A model generated the notes under the pieces. It did not search any database and had not been told where the DNA came from. It was given only the letters and a program-made list of their open reading frames with translations. Shown here one piece after another: positions 13,806 through 25,746 of a DNA stretch of 64,000 nt. Position numbers and translations under genes: made by a program. The stretch's first letter is position 1. Each line of letters begins with the position of its first letter. Source of the stretch: Cetorhinus maximus (lineage: Eukaryota); contig NC_135882.1 in assembly GCF_964194155.1 (NCBI RefSeq), positions 76,570,001-76,634,000 on the forward strand, in the 5' to 3' direction.

Positions 13806-14081
13806 CAAACACATGCATGTCCACATGCATGTACATCCAGCAGAGATAGCTATTAAGAAAGGAAACCATGGTATTTATTCCTCCAATATAATCCAACTAT
13901 CTCTATTAGGCTGGAGATTGAACCTGGGACCTTTGCTGTCTATATGGCTCAACAAGCTTTTGCATAAACTTATGAGCTATCAAGAATCTTGGTTTGGGAG
14001 TGTTTATAATTTAATTTATGTTTATCAGGCCAATGTGAAATATGTGACTAAAGATCATCATTATCTCTTTCTCTCAAATTA

Positions 14082-14715
14082 TGGGCTGCATTTTACATGC
14101 CCCTGGCAGGTGAGTTTCTGGTGGGGGGAGTGGCATGTAAAATAGGGCAGTGCCCACTCCAGTTCCTTCCTGCTCACCCCCATAATACAAGGGGGTGGGC
14201 GGGCGCTGAAATCAGCAACCTCTGCCATTTTCAAAGTTACCAAGCTAATTGGCCCTGATAGTACGCTCCCCATGCTGTAAAACGACTGGTATGGTTAGCT
14301 GGGCGGGAGCGGGCAGTCCTATTTTTTTTCTTTACCTACCTACATTAAAGGGTGGGAAGGAAGAGATCTTTGGGGGCTGGCCTTTGCGGATCGGGGGAGG
14401 CCTCCCCCCCCTTCTTCCTAACCCACCCCCAGCCTTAAACCCAACACCCCGCCCCCCCCCCACCCCACTATCCCCTTGCCCCCCTCTTTGACCATCCGAA
14501 ACCATCCCTGCCCAAAACCCTAGACTTAGCAATTCCGGGGATCCATAGGCCGCCTTTGGCATCTTCGGTGTAGTCCCACCCTTGGCGCTGCTGGACTGAT
14601 GGAGCTGCCAGCCAATTGGATTGACTGGCAGCTCTAGAGGGCAGGACTTGCTCCCCAGTGAGGGGCTGAAGTCCCACTTGGCCCTCGTTAAGTCCGCCTG
14701 CAGCGTGTTATGGCT
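14082..14715 (+). mobile_element. GC-rich Harbinger-like non-autonomous element (MITE), partial
   Basis: Begins gggctgcatttt; internal motif gccagccaatt.gattg.ctggcagc and C-runs shared with copies at 27249-28035 and 41151-41592. Confidence 0.5.
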
Positions 14716-15399
14716 GATATTTTATAACCTTCCTAACTTTAACTATTGTTAATTCAACCATCTGTTTATCTTTAATATTCTTTTGAAGTTTGTATCTCAA
14801 ATCGTAGAATTTTAATTTAGTACAAATTCCAAATTACTGAAGCAAAGCATGCAGTATGCACATAGCATATACATGGAAATAATTCTCTACGTAATGTATA
14901 TATTCCACTTTGATTTGATTTTCCTGTTGCATAACCAGTCACTGCCCTTCAGCTTATGGTGGCATTTTATCATAATAAATAACAGAACACTCAGTCGCGT
15001 GTTAAACTAGCTTTGTAAATACTGCAACTAATCTCTAATTTGGTGGTTTATAGTTACTAAAGTTAGTTAATGCCCGATGATTTTTTTCCTTAATTACTGA
15101 GAGTTAATAAGTACCCATCCAGCGGATTAGAATACTTTTGGCAACAAAGATCAGCCATTTCAAACGAGCTTATTGGTTAGTCCTCATTGAGCATATTGGC
15201 TAGAATTTTCCTGTTGGCATGCAGGGGCAGGCCCCGCACGTAAAATGACATGCGGTGACGTCGGGTGAATGCCCCAACGTCACCGCGCGTCATCGCGATA
15301 TTTGGGAAAGCGGGCACTATAAGTTAGGATGCGTGCCCGCCATCAATTAACAGGCCAGTTAAGGCCCTTGAGGCAGCAATTGATCTTGACTTTTCGCAG

Positions 15400-17301
15400 C
15401 CGCTGTGAGGGCTTGCAGGTCTGAGCACAACCGGAGGAGGACCCGATTGTTCTCCTGGAGGTACCTCTTCACGAGAGTCGCCACTCTCTCCATGGAGGAA
15501 GCATGGTGCTCAGCATCGGTAATACTGCACTTGGACTCCCTCCAGCACGGGCACCATGCCACGCATAGCCTCATGTATCTCCACCCGATCGTCCCACATA
15601 CCCTGCTACACTTCCAGCGTTCGCTGCCTCACGGACAACTCCAGAGGCACATCATCAGCCACCAACCAAGCAAGTACCTGGTCCCCAGAATTCCTCTGAC
15701 TGCTGGTGCCCTGGGCAATCTGTCTCTGCCCGCACCTCAAGTGAGTGTGAAGTGCCCTCACCGCTATGCCCCGGGACACTAGCCGTAGATCTAATTCCCG
15801 CTGAGGTGCTAGTATCTGTGCTGGTGCCTGCCTGGCTGAGATGATGTGACGCTGGAGAGTGCATTTGCTCGGGGGCTTCAGGGGTGAGAGGTGGGCCCTC
15901 TGCATCCTCCTCCTGGCCCTGCTCCAGTGATGCTGAAAGGAAGAAAAAGGACATTTGATTAGTTACAGTGCAGACAATGTCATTGTGCATGCCGCTCCCC
16001 CAGATCATTTTGCGTTCATCCTTCAATAATCAAGAGTAAACCCATGTTACTAACTTCAATCGCGGAGCATTCAACAGTGCCATGGCTTCTGTGACACGCA
16101 TGGTGACCTGACTGCTCGCCAAACATACCTCCCTGTGGCACCCCAGCCTCACCGTTACTGGTGGACCTGGGGGCATGGTGCCTCTCAAGGCCCATGGCCT
16201 GCTGCTCGATAGCCGTAAGGATGGCCAACTGGGCCTGCCCTCCGCCAGTCCGCATTCATTCCGACACATTGTGCGCAGTCTTTTCCTGAAAGAGAGAGAG
16301 GAGCATTAATTAATCCGGCCTGCACCTGAATTCCCATCGCATCCCTGCCAACCCAGCCAGAGTGGGACATTGCAGGACTCCAGTTCTTCGTTACCCTGCA
16401 GCTGACGCACACTCACCCAAACAAGCCAGGGCTGACCCCCCCCACCATTGCCCAAATGCTGCCTCCTTCACATGTGGCACCACAAGGTGCTACTTTGCTA
16501 AGCAAGGAGGCACAAGCACATGGAGCACAAACACCAGAAGATGGATTGATGCCCCACCAACTGGAAGCTCCCCTCCCAGCATTTTAGCACCCTGACTTTG
16601 ACATGCTCCACAGTTCCAGCATTATGCCTAGGTGCAGACCCTTGACTTTCAAACCCATTCTACGCTTTGGGTGTCAGTGTCACACATGCTACAGATGCAG
16701 AACACATCCTAGCTCAACCCTCTCAGGTGAACTAGGCATGGGCAATCTCTGCTGTCACACCCAGCGAGGGATCCATGCTGTGAGGGATTCAGTGACGTTA
16801 CTGTTCTCGGAGTTGGTTGGGGGTAAAGGGTGACGGCTGCATGAAGTGACTTGAGGCAACATGGTACTCACTCTTCCTGAGCGCAGGAGATCATTGAACC
16901 TTTTGTGGCACCGGAGCCATGTGCGCTGCACCACAACATGGGAGCTAACACTCTTGGCCATCTCCTCTCACGCACGTTTGGTCAGGTGGGGAGGCCTCCA
17001 CCTCCCAACCCTCGGAAGAAGGTCCTCCGCCGCGCTTCCACCTCCTCCAAGAGGACAGCTAGGCACTCATCTGAAAAACGAGGGGCACACTGCCCCGATG
17101 GCCTACCCTCCGGCCTGGCCTGGCCTGCCCCGATGGCCTACCCTCCGGCCTGGCCTGGCCTACCCCGATGGCCTACCCTCCGGCCTGGCCTGGCCTGCCC
17201 CGATGGCCTACCCTCCGGCCTGGCCTGGCCTGCCCCAATGGCCTACCCTCCAGACTTGTGTCGCCATCATTGCCCTTCTGCAGAGCCCTACGCCCAGCCA
17301 T
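15400..17301 (-). pseudogene. Three-exon Myb/SANT-like (trihelix) DNA-binding protein pseudogene, Harbinger accessory-protein type
   Basis: Exon 1 17301-16872 (APRFSDECLAVLLEEV...RA*EEMAKSV...RTWLRCHKRFNDL); exon 2 16285-16129 (EKTAHNVSE*MRTGGG); exon 3 15932 to about 15400; GT-AG introns in matching phases; stops and frameshifts present. Confidence 0.75.
17091..17251. repeat. 35-bp GC-rich minisatellite, 4.6 copies
   Basis: Unit tgccccgatggcctaccctccggcctggcctggcc starts at 17091, 17126, 17161 and 17196, partial at 17231; only two substitutions across the array. Confidence 0.97.
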
Positions 17302-17588
17302 TGAGAGCAGCCTTTCCAAGGCTGCCAGGCCTTCCTTTATACAGGCCACCGGGTCGCCATTAGACCCGGCAGGCTTAGCACGCTTGCCCACTGCAGCTGA
17401 GCATGGGAGTCGTGAAGTACGCTGGGTGGGCCTTAATTGGACTGCCCACATAAAATGGCGGCGTGGACCCGATCGCCCATTCCCGACCATCCCCATTGTG
17501 TCTGGTTTTGGTCCCACATGATTGGTGACATGGAAGCCCTGGAAGCGGTTCAAGATTGATACTATGCCCTTAGTTACATGTTAGACTT

Positions 17589-17910
17589 GGGGCGGAAATG
17601 AATGCCCTCCCCTGTAGCGAGTTTGGGTGTAGGAGACATTTATTCAGGTGGGAGGGTGGTGAGTGGGACCCTGCTGCCTTGTCAACACTGCCTCGATTAA
17701 ATCCAATGTGGGAAGGCCCGTAGACATTCATCTTGCCCTGCTAAAGGCTTTAAGTGGGCAGTTAGTGCCCACTTAATGGTCTCATCCCACTTCTGCTGCT
17801 ATTCACCCAGCAGCAGACAGGGACTTCCCATGCAGGAAACCTGAAAAGCAAATCCTGTGCGGATTGCTTGCGGGCTTCCAGGGAGGGGGGTGGTGGGTGG
17901 GGTTTTGGGA
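17589..17910. mobile_element. MITE-like fragment related to the Harbinger-like family
   Basis: Shared motif ttaagtgg.ca.tta.tg.ccacttaa.gg.ctca, also at about 41445-41480. Confidence 0.4.
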
Positions 17911-19532
17911 GGACCAAGAGACAAATGTACAAAACTAATGCTTATGTAAGGTAGTTACTCTTTTGGAGGTGGAGCATCAATCTTTGCAACAAGTTGTCGG
18001 TTCAAACAATGAATGAATTTACTACGTTCTTCCAAAAGGGAGCTAGATGATTCCTAGCTCTGGCTGATATCACGGAGTAGAAAAGACACTTGGGTTATTG
18101 GATAATGTGTCTTCTGCCTATTGTGGTCTCCATGTTTTAATCACCTTTGGCTGCTGGAAAGGAATTTCCCAGACTTTGTTTGCCCTGAAATTGGCCTTGG
18201 GTTGTTTTATTGGTGCCTTTTTTGCCTTTTCTGAGGGCATTACATGGCCGCTGGTGGGTGTGGGGCATTGGGGATCATGGGCCTTGCACCATGACAGCAT
18301 AGGACAGGCTTGTTTGACCAGCTGCCATATTGGTCTGCATCATTATTTTTAGGTTTGTATATTTACTTTGGAAGGCAATAAAGATGCAGGTGAAATATCT
18401 TATCAAGTTATTGAGCTGTAGGAAGTACAGGAAGTTCCCCAATGTAGCTCCCCATCAGCCCCTTTTCTCTTTGCTTCTGTTTTAAGGTCTTGATTTCTTG
18501 ATGAGGTAAGGCTCTGTGGGCACTGGATGCCCTTCAGTTCCTCGTCCAAATGACCATTCGTCACATGTGATCCTAAACAATGCAGATCAGCAGAGCATCC
18601 AACAATAGCAGAAAGCACAGCTGATCCTAGCCCTGCTCCCAGTCTAGATGTGTACTTTCAGCTGGAGAAACTAACTGGTGTTCTGAAGTTGGAACCCAGC
18701 CTTCCCTACTCCACACATCCAACATTGTGAGCACTGAGGTTGGTACTACTAACTCTGTAGCTCCAGCTGAGATCATCGAATACTGTCCAGATTGGGGATG
18801 GATCCTAGCACCCTCTTGGTCTGTGGCTCAACTACTGGCTGCTTTAACCAGCTGAGTCAATAAGTAATCCTCCACTTTTTCTCCTCTGTATTGTCTGTCC
18901 TCTCCTACAAGGTTACTAATTACTTTTTTTCTAACCTATAATTGCTCATTTTAATTATTTTTAAAAATATAATGCACAGTGAAAAGCCTGCTATTTGAAT
19001 TGTGAAATTGTTTTCAATGTGTAACAATCAGCCTTTGGTTAGGTGCACTGGCATAGAGCAGTGATGGAGAGAGGTTTGATGTGGGCACTTCTATTCCTAG
19101 CCTGACCATTGCAATATGAGGAGATAGGCAATAAATGCTGTTAAGTCTAGCAGGAGAGTGGAGGGTGAAATGAAGGCAATCTAAAGGGACAGTAATGTGT
19201 GGGGGAAATCTGTGGCACTAACATCGACATGCTAACGTTAGCTTAAGTGCAGTCTATGCATTCACCCAATGCAGTTGCTAAAGTGTCAAGAGGTGGCTGA
19301 AAAAGGGAATAATGTTACAGAAAAAGGAAGCAACTTGTGCTTGCTCCCAAAAGAAAGTGTTTTCAAAAAATAATTTACATGAAATTTGAAACAATAAGAG
19401 CTGATGATATTTGTAAGCAATCCTCTCATTTTCTAATGAACTTTAGCCGAATGCTGTATCATCTCATTATGGGTGGAAGGGTGTACTATCTAGTAAACAC
19501 TGTATTTACATTGTATCTTTTATTCTTTACAG

Positions 19533-19710
19533 GCCTTGGATGGATTCTTTTTTGTGGTCAATCTTGAAGGAAATATAGTGTTCGTATCTGAGAATGTGAC
19601 CCAATACCTGAAATATAACCAGGAAGAACTTATAAACTCCAGTGTATACAGCATACTACATGTTGGTGACCATGCAGAATTTGTGAGAAATCTTTTGCCT
19701 AAGTCTCTTG
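19533..19710 (+). CDS. NCOA2: NCOA2 coding exon (PAS-A)
   Basis: tttacAG|gcc...cttg|GTaaga; [59 protein letters not shown]; 178 nt, phase 0 to 1. Confidence 0.97.
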
Positions 19711-20531
19711 GTAAGAGTCTATTTAAATACCTTGAAGTGTGCCCAGTAGTTTACTCAAAAATAATTGGCTGCTAATCACCCAAAACTGACAATGGATCAC
19801 TTGGTTCTCTATTTACATTGATGCACTGGCTACCATCGTGGAAGGTGATGCTAGGTCTTTTTAATATACAAATTGGGGTCATATGACACAGAAGTGCTCC
19901 CCTGGGCCCCACAAAAATACTATGAGCTGCTGTGAATCACTACTTAGCAGCCAGCTTGTTCCTCCTCTGACCAACTAGCAAGCTACAGTGTGTGTCCATT
20001 CAGGGTCTGCAGCTTGCCAGGGTCATATTTATCAGACCTAAGCCTCAACATGGCTGGTCTAATGGGTGGACAGCTGGTGTTCTTTGCCAGTTAACTATCC
20101 CAAGGTTGTTTGGGTTAATAATGGTCAATATGGTCGATCGAGAGCTCAGAATATTACTGTTTTCCATTTTTGTCATATTACAAGGCTAGCAGTTACACCT
20201 CAGAATAAAATGACCAAATTATATGTATTCAATATGGCTAAATTTATACCAATAACGCTACGCAATAGGTTACTTGTAAATTCCATATTGTTGGTTACAT
20301 TATGTGGAGTAAGAAACTTTCAGGATATTTTTTGCACATGAAGCATACATATTTATGTACTGGAAAGTCAATTAAGTATTGTACTTAAATGAGTAAATGG
20401 TGTCACATGCTATGAAACATTTCAATTGTATATGTAAGTTAAGCAAAACAGATTTAACATTTTATTTTTGCAGTATTAAAAATTGTTTTTCCAATGTCAA
20501 AGTAAACTGTGTAAAACATTACATTTTCCAG

Positions 20532-20720
20532 TAAATGGGGTGCCTTGGTCCAATGAAACTCCAAGACGGAACAGCCACACTTTTAATTGTCGTATGTTGG
20601 TTAAACCACCTGGTGAAACTGATGAGGAAGGGCATGATAACCAGGAAGCACCTCAGAAATATGAAACTATGCAGTGTTTTGCTGTATCTCAACCAAAGTC
20701 CATAAAAGAAGAGGGGGAAG
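20532..20720 (+). CDS. NCOA2: NCOA2 coding exon (PAS-A C-terminal part)
   Basis: ttccAG|ta...gaag|GTacga; [26 protein letters not shown]...[20 protein letters not shown]; 189 nt, phase 1 to 1. Confidence 0.96.
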
Positions 20721-22254
20721 GTACGATTTCGTATAATCACGTTGGCATTATAGAACCCACAATCAGTGGTAAAATCACTAACTTTGTAATGAATTTAAAA
20801 ATGCATAATGTTTCATAACTCCATACGTATTGCCTCTCATGCTAGTGAAGAACTGTAGATCACAGATTTACACCTATCACACTCTTGTATGGCAAGTACA
20901 TGCTACCAAATGTCACTGTATGGCAAGTAGGTGTTTTCCCCACAAAGGCAAAGAAAATCAAACTTGCATGCCACCTAATGCATGAGTCACAACACACTTG
21001 TGATAGCCTCCTTGCTCTCTAGGCAGTGACTGGTACATTACAAGGGATGCCTATGAGTAGGAAAAATAATTAACTAGTGAAAATTTCTGCATCAACATAC
21101 TTTTTTTGGAAGCCTTGAAACAAAGCGGTTTTAAAGGCACTTTTTAATATTTTAAAAAACGGAATCTTCCTTTTGGTGCCAGTAATTGCAGAAGAGGTGA
21201 TTTATTGAAATTTTCCCTCAATTTTGTTTCACCTTGTGCAATAATAGTTGCTCAACTCTGCTGCGTACCTGACAGCTCAGAACAAAAACTGATAGATGAA
21301 CCCTAATAAACAACACGAAAATCAATTGTAGAAGCGTAACTACCTTACCTAAAATCCTATTAAAATTTGCACATCATTAAAATTAGAGATCCATTGATAT
21401 TTTGACCTGAATTACCTTAACAGAAATCATTTCTACAAAGAAAATTGCAGTAATTAAAAATGCTACACACACAATTTTTTTTACTTCAATCACAATTAAT
21501 TCTATCAGGATTTAGTGTATAACCTTATTGCCAAATGAAAAATCATATGAAGGTTTGTTTTGCTCCATAATAAAACCTGGAAAATGTCACCATTCCACAC
21601 AGGACATTTAAAGTAGATTTAATGTAATAGGATGGAACAAAAAAAATTGCTATTTTCAAGAGTTTGGCTGCATTTGAATTTGTACAGAACTTTCCTGTTT
21701 GACATTTTTTTAATTGTACTAAGCAATGTTTAGGCAGGACACTATCATATCCCCTTTTAAAAATGAAAACTTTACCTGTGGCCACAAGCATGGAACATGC
21801 AAATTTTTAGTTCTGAAAGAAACTTTTATTACCAAAATTTGCTCTTAAAAATTAGTTTGGCATCATTTTGTGACATGTTTAATCATATTCTACATTTCAG
21901 AAATGTTCAGTATTTTTGCTTTGCCTGGGTGGAAAGAATTGGGTTGGCGTTGGGAGGACAGCAGAGTAACAGGTTCAATCCTTCCCTATTTTTATCAGTA
22001 CTTTTCAATTGAAATTAAAATATATCAATTGATTTAATTTTAATTCTGATCTTTAAAGCAGGGTGTGATATTTATTATCATACTAATCAATCATAATTTT
22101 TACAAAAAGTCTTCCATAGCTCAAAATTCCAAAACCTTGATATGACAACATTGTATTCACAAAAATAATGGCAGTTAAGCTCCATGGATGGCAACTGCAT
22201 AATGAACATTCATGTGTCTGTACATACCCAAATACATAAGTTGACTAGTGTCTG

Positions 22255-22940
22255 TAAAGAGGAATCCTGAATGTGCGTGGTATTTGTAACGAATGGATGA
22301 ATTGTTAGCTCAGTTGGAAATAAATATGTATGACCTGATAGCCATTACAGGGGCATGGTTGAAAGGTGACCAGAGCTGGGACTTGAATGTTGAAGGGTAT
22401 TTGACATTTTGGAATGACAGGAAACTATGAACATGTGGTGGGCAGCTCTGTTAATTAACGATGACAGTACAGTAGTGAGAGATGACCTTGGCTTGAAAGG
22501 GCAAGATGTAGAATCAGTTTGGGTAGAGATAAGAAATAGGAAAGGTAAGAGGTCACTTGTGGGAGTGGTTTATAGGCCACCTAACAGTAGTCACACTATA
22601 GGACAGAGTATACAGGAAGAAATAAGTGGAGCATGTAAGAAAGGTACTGCAATAATCATGGGTGACTTTAATCTACATGTAGATTGGATAAATTATATTT
22701 GCAAAGGTAATCTGGAAAATGAACTCAGAGTGTATTTGGGGCAATTCTTAGAGCAGTACATTCTGGAGCCGAATAGGAAGCAGGCCTGGTAAAGTGCAGT
22801 GAGACAGGATTAATCAATAACCTCAAAGTAAAGGAGCCCATAGGCAACAGCGATCATAACATAATAGAATTTCACGTTCAGTTTGAAGGTGAAAAATATA
22901 GGTCAAAGACTAGTGTTTAAACCTAAATAAAAGTAATTTG
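22255..22940 (+). mobile_element. CR1 ORF2 endonuclease fragment
   Basis: ESVWVEIRN...VGVVYRPPNS...IIMGDFNLHVDW...LEPNR; clearly homologous to 53200-53890. Confidence 0.88.
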
Positions 22941-23985
22941 GATAAAGAGAGATGACAGTATAGTTCCAAGGTAATGGTGAGTTCCAGGATTTTGGAGTCT
23001 ATGGAAAGTTGAAGATCAGGAATGTGGTGGAGAATGAAGAGGAATAGCTAGGTTTATTTGATGCGGTTTGGGAGGGCGCGAGGTGGCTGGTGGGTGGGGG
23101 AGCCTTGACGAAAGCAGGATCTATGCTTGAAGATAGAGACTTTTTGGTGATGTCAGCAAGAGAAGGGCTGTATAATATTGGATAGTCGGCATAAAGAATG
23201 GGTAATTAGGCTTCATAGAGGGGAGGACAAGTTGAGGGGCAGAGTGGTGGAAGCAATGGCAACAATGCAATGATTTTGATTTTGGATGCAAAGCAGTCCA
23301 TGAGTTGCTCTCCTTTTGAACCAGAGGTGAGGATACTCTTTCGAGTTATCAACAGTCATAGATTGCAACTCTTTTGAGTACAATCACAGTTCTTGGTTTC
23401 CAGGAGTGGGACATGAACCCACAACCCTCTGATTCAAAGGCGAGGGTGCTATGAACTGAGCCACAGCTGACACCTCCAGAGGTGAGGATAGTGGTATGTG
23501 TGATTGATTGAGGGAGGAGCAGATAATTTGTGGTGGAAAAGGCATTGTCAATGATCTTTGAGTAATCAGTTTTATCGAAGAAGAGTAGTAAATAATACCT
23601 AAATAATGGCCTAGGCAGATCTGGTGATGGACTGTCAAAATACAAGTAGGTTAAAGTTTACAGCCTTTTGATTTAAGGCTGTTAAATTGTTGAAGAGATG
23701 GAGAAGAGGCACTATCCAGGATGTGCCGGAGGATGAATTCATGGAAAAGGCAAGAAGATTGTAGAGAAGCTCAACAGAAGTGTCCATGTCATCATGGATG
23801 GAATGTGAAGTTCTTTGGGATCCCTCTGATAAATATGAGAAGGTGCTATGTAAATGAAGCCTGGTACTGGCCTTTCACTTATGCAAACTTGGTTCAAACC
23901 AGTGCAGAGGTTAGAATAAAGCTGTCATCTGTCTACTGGCTGTGGAGGTCCTCTTTGAGTTGAGTTTGGACAGCCTCACCTCAGT
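22941..23985 (-). mobile_element. Decayed L2-like LINE fragment interrupted by a short SINE
   Basis: Purine-rich strand bias and weak similarity to the L2 copy at 45930-47570. Confidence 0.45.
23336..23475 (-). repeat. Short tRNA-derived SINE insertion with perfect 15-bp TSD
   Basis: rc ggtgtcagctgtggctcagttcatagcac...gggttcatgtcccactcc (A and B boxes); ccagaggtgaggata at 23321-23335 and 23476-23490. Confidence 0.85.
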
Positions 23986-24884
23986 CAATTTCCAATCCAT
24001 AGTACAGAATTGCTCCTAATTTGAAATTAATTGGCAATCTCAAACCACAGAATGGTTATTGTGAGAAATTGAAAAAAATGTCAAACTGGGGGTGCAGTAA
24101 TGGTGTTTTTCTGAAGTTATGGCTGAATTATGTTTGACCAAAGTAGTGCTATACTGAATATGGGAATGCCCGAAATGAAAGAAAGTTCTATTCCCCAGTG
24201 CTTGCATCCATCGCTTTGAGCCAAAAGTGTCTCGAAAGTAAATAAATGCAAGTATTATCTAATAAATTTGTAGACCTGTCACAGCTGCAGCATAAACGCT
24301 ATGTGAAGTGTTTAGTTTGTTTGCCAATAGCTTTCTTTTCTCCAAATGGCCCCAGAAATAGGAAGCTGGTTATGTTGAATACTATTCTCCGAAATAGCCT
24401 ATAGCTGTCAGTTCACCAATAACTTCTCTTCAATTTTTGTAAAACCTGGCAAAGATGCCAGAGCTTTGGCTGTCACTCCTGATGCCTGTGAACTAAGATG
24501 AGAGGCATTTACAATTATTTTGGATGTTGATTCCAGATGTGTTTCATCCAATGCCAGAATATCTGTTCCTTGAATCATGCAGAACATCTGCTTTGAAGAA
24601 TAAGACCATACCCAAGGGACCAAGTTGAACACAGCCCCTAACACTCGTCAATTTATGATGACTACTATACTCCAGTTATCTTTAGATTATATAATATTGG
24701 CAGGGTGAGGGATATAATGGAACTTGGGTGATGTGTTTTCTCAAACTAGTAATTGCTTTAGGAGAAATTGTATTGGTTACAATATAGTTTCTGTGTACAT
24801 ATTTAATTGTGTGTATGTGTGAGAGATCTATTACATTACAGAGTATTCAATTTTAAATTAAATTTTTTTTCTTTCCTCTTTCAG

Positions 24885-24986
24885 ATTTACAGTCCTGTTT
24901 GATCTGTGTTGCAAGGAGAGTTCCTGTGAAGGAAAGGCCACAATTTGCTAATACTGAAAGTTTTACCACAAGACATGATTTAACAG
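24885..24986 (+). CDS. NCOA2: NCOA2 coding exon (PAS-A/PAS-B junction)
   Basis: Long pyrimidine tract then cAG|at...acag|GTaaaa; [34 protein letters not shown]; 102 nt; not in the ORF track, translated by hand. Confidence 0.95.
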
Positions 24987-25114
24987 GTAAAACAACACAA
25001 TACTTTTTTGATTTGAGATTTTGCTCATATTGAAGACTTGACAAACTAGATTTGTTTTTTCCTCTCCCATTCTTTCTCTGCCGCCTCTCCCTCCCCCAAC
25101 CAAAAAAAAACTAG

Positions 25115-25255
25115 GCAAACTAATATCTCTGGATATAAATGCATTACGTGCATCGATGAAACCAGGCTGGGAAGACTTAGTGCGAAGATGTATTCAAAGA
25201 TTTCACCTGCAAAATGACAAAGAGATTGCATTTGCTAAGAGGCATCATCATGAAG
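25115..25255 (+). CDS. NCOA2: NCOA2 coding exon (PAS-B)
   Basis: actAG|gc...gaag|GTaaga; [47 protein letters not shown]; 141 nt, phase 1 to 1. Confidence 0.93.
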
Positions 25256-25746
25256 GTAAGAACTTTTGTAGATACAAGGCTATACAAAATTAGATAAGTG
25301 TGCAATACAAAAAAATAAAATTATATTTCAATTTGAAATTAAAGCAGTAAATGCTAGAAATGCATGGCAGATCCATCAGCATTTGAAAAGCAGAAAGACA
25401 GATTAACACTGAAACCTTCACCAGAACCTGTCTGATAAGACATCTGCATCTGAAATGTTAGCCCATATTTTCTTTTTCTTTTGTTAAAGAACTTGCCATG
25501 TATTTCCCAGCATTTTCTATTGTTTGTCCCTCTTAAACATAGCACTGTGTAAAATGGGATATGCATGATGAATTTTGCCAGATTTTTTCCCCCTACCCTT
25601 CTGAAAGCTTTACTATTTTTCTGGGTAGGCCTTGATTGCACATGTTGCAGGCCATTTGACTGCAGGGGACATTACAGTTGAGTGTGACCCTGCCCCAGCC
25701 CCTACCTCTTGGCAAAGACAAATTATTGCTACTCTACCTTTCATTT

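Larger units (their letters stand above)
15198..17560 (-). mobile_element. PIF/Harbinger deletion derivative carrying the Myb/SANT-like gene; no transposase seen
   Basis: Left end ggctagaatttt resembles the termini of the local MITEs; GC-rich island; Myb/SANT-like coding remnants inside; right terminus not clearly identifiable. Confidence 0.7.

Noticed and set aside
17091-17251. 35-bp repeats resembling a CRISPR array
   Set aside because: Units are head-to-tail with no unique spacers, there are no cas genes, and the context is a vertebrate intron.
16861-17553. Overlapping 117-152 aa ORFs with repeated peptides (MAYPPAWPGLP)
   Set aside because: By-products of the GC-rich minisatellite and of the strand opposite the Myb remnant.
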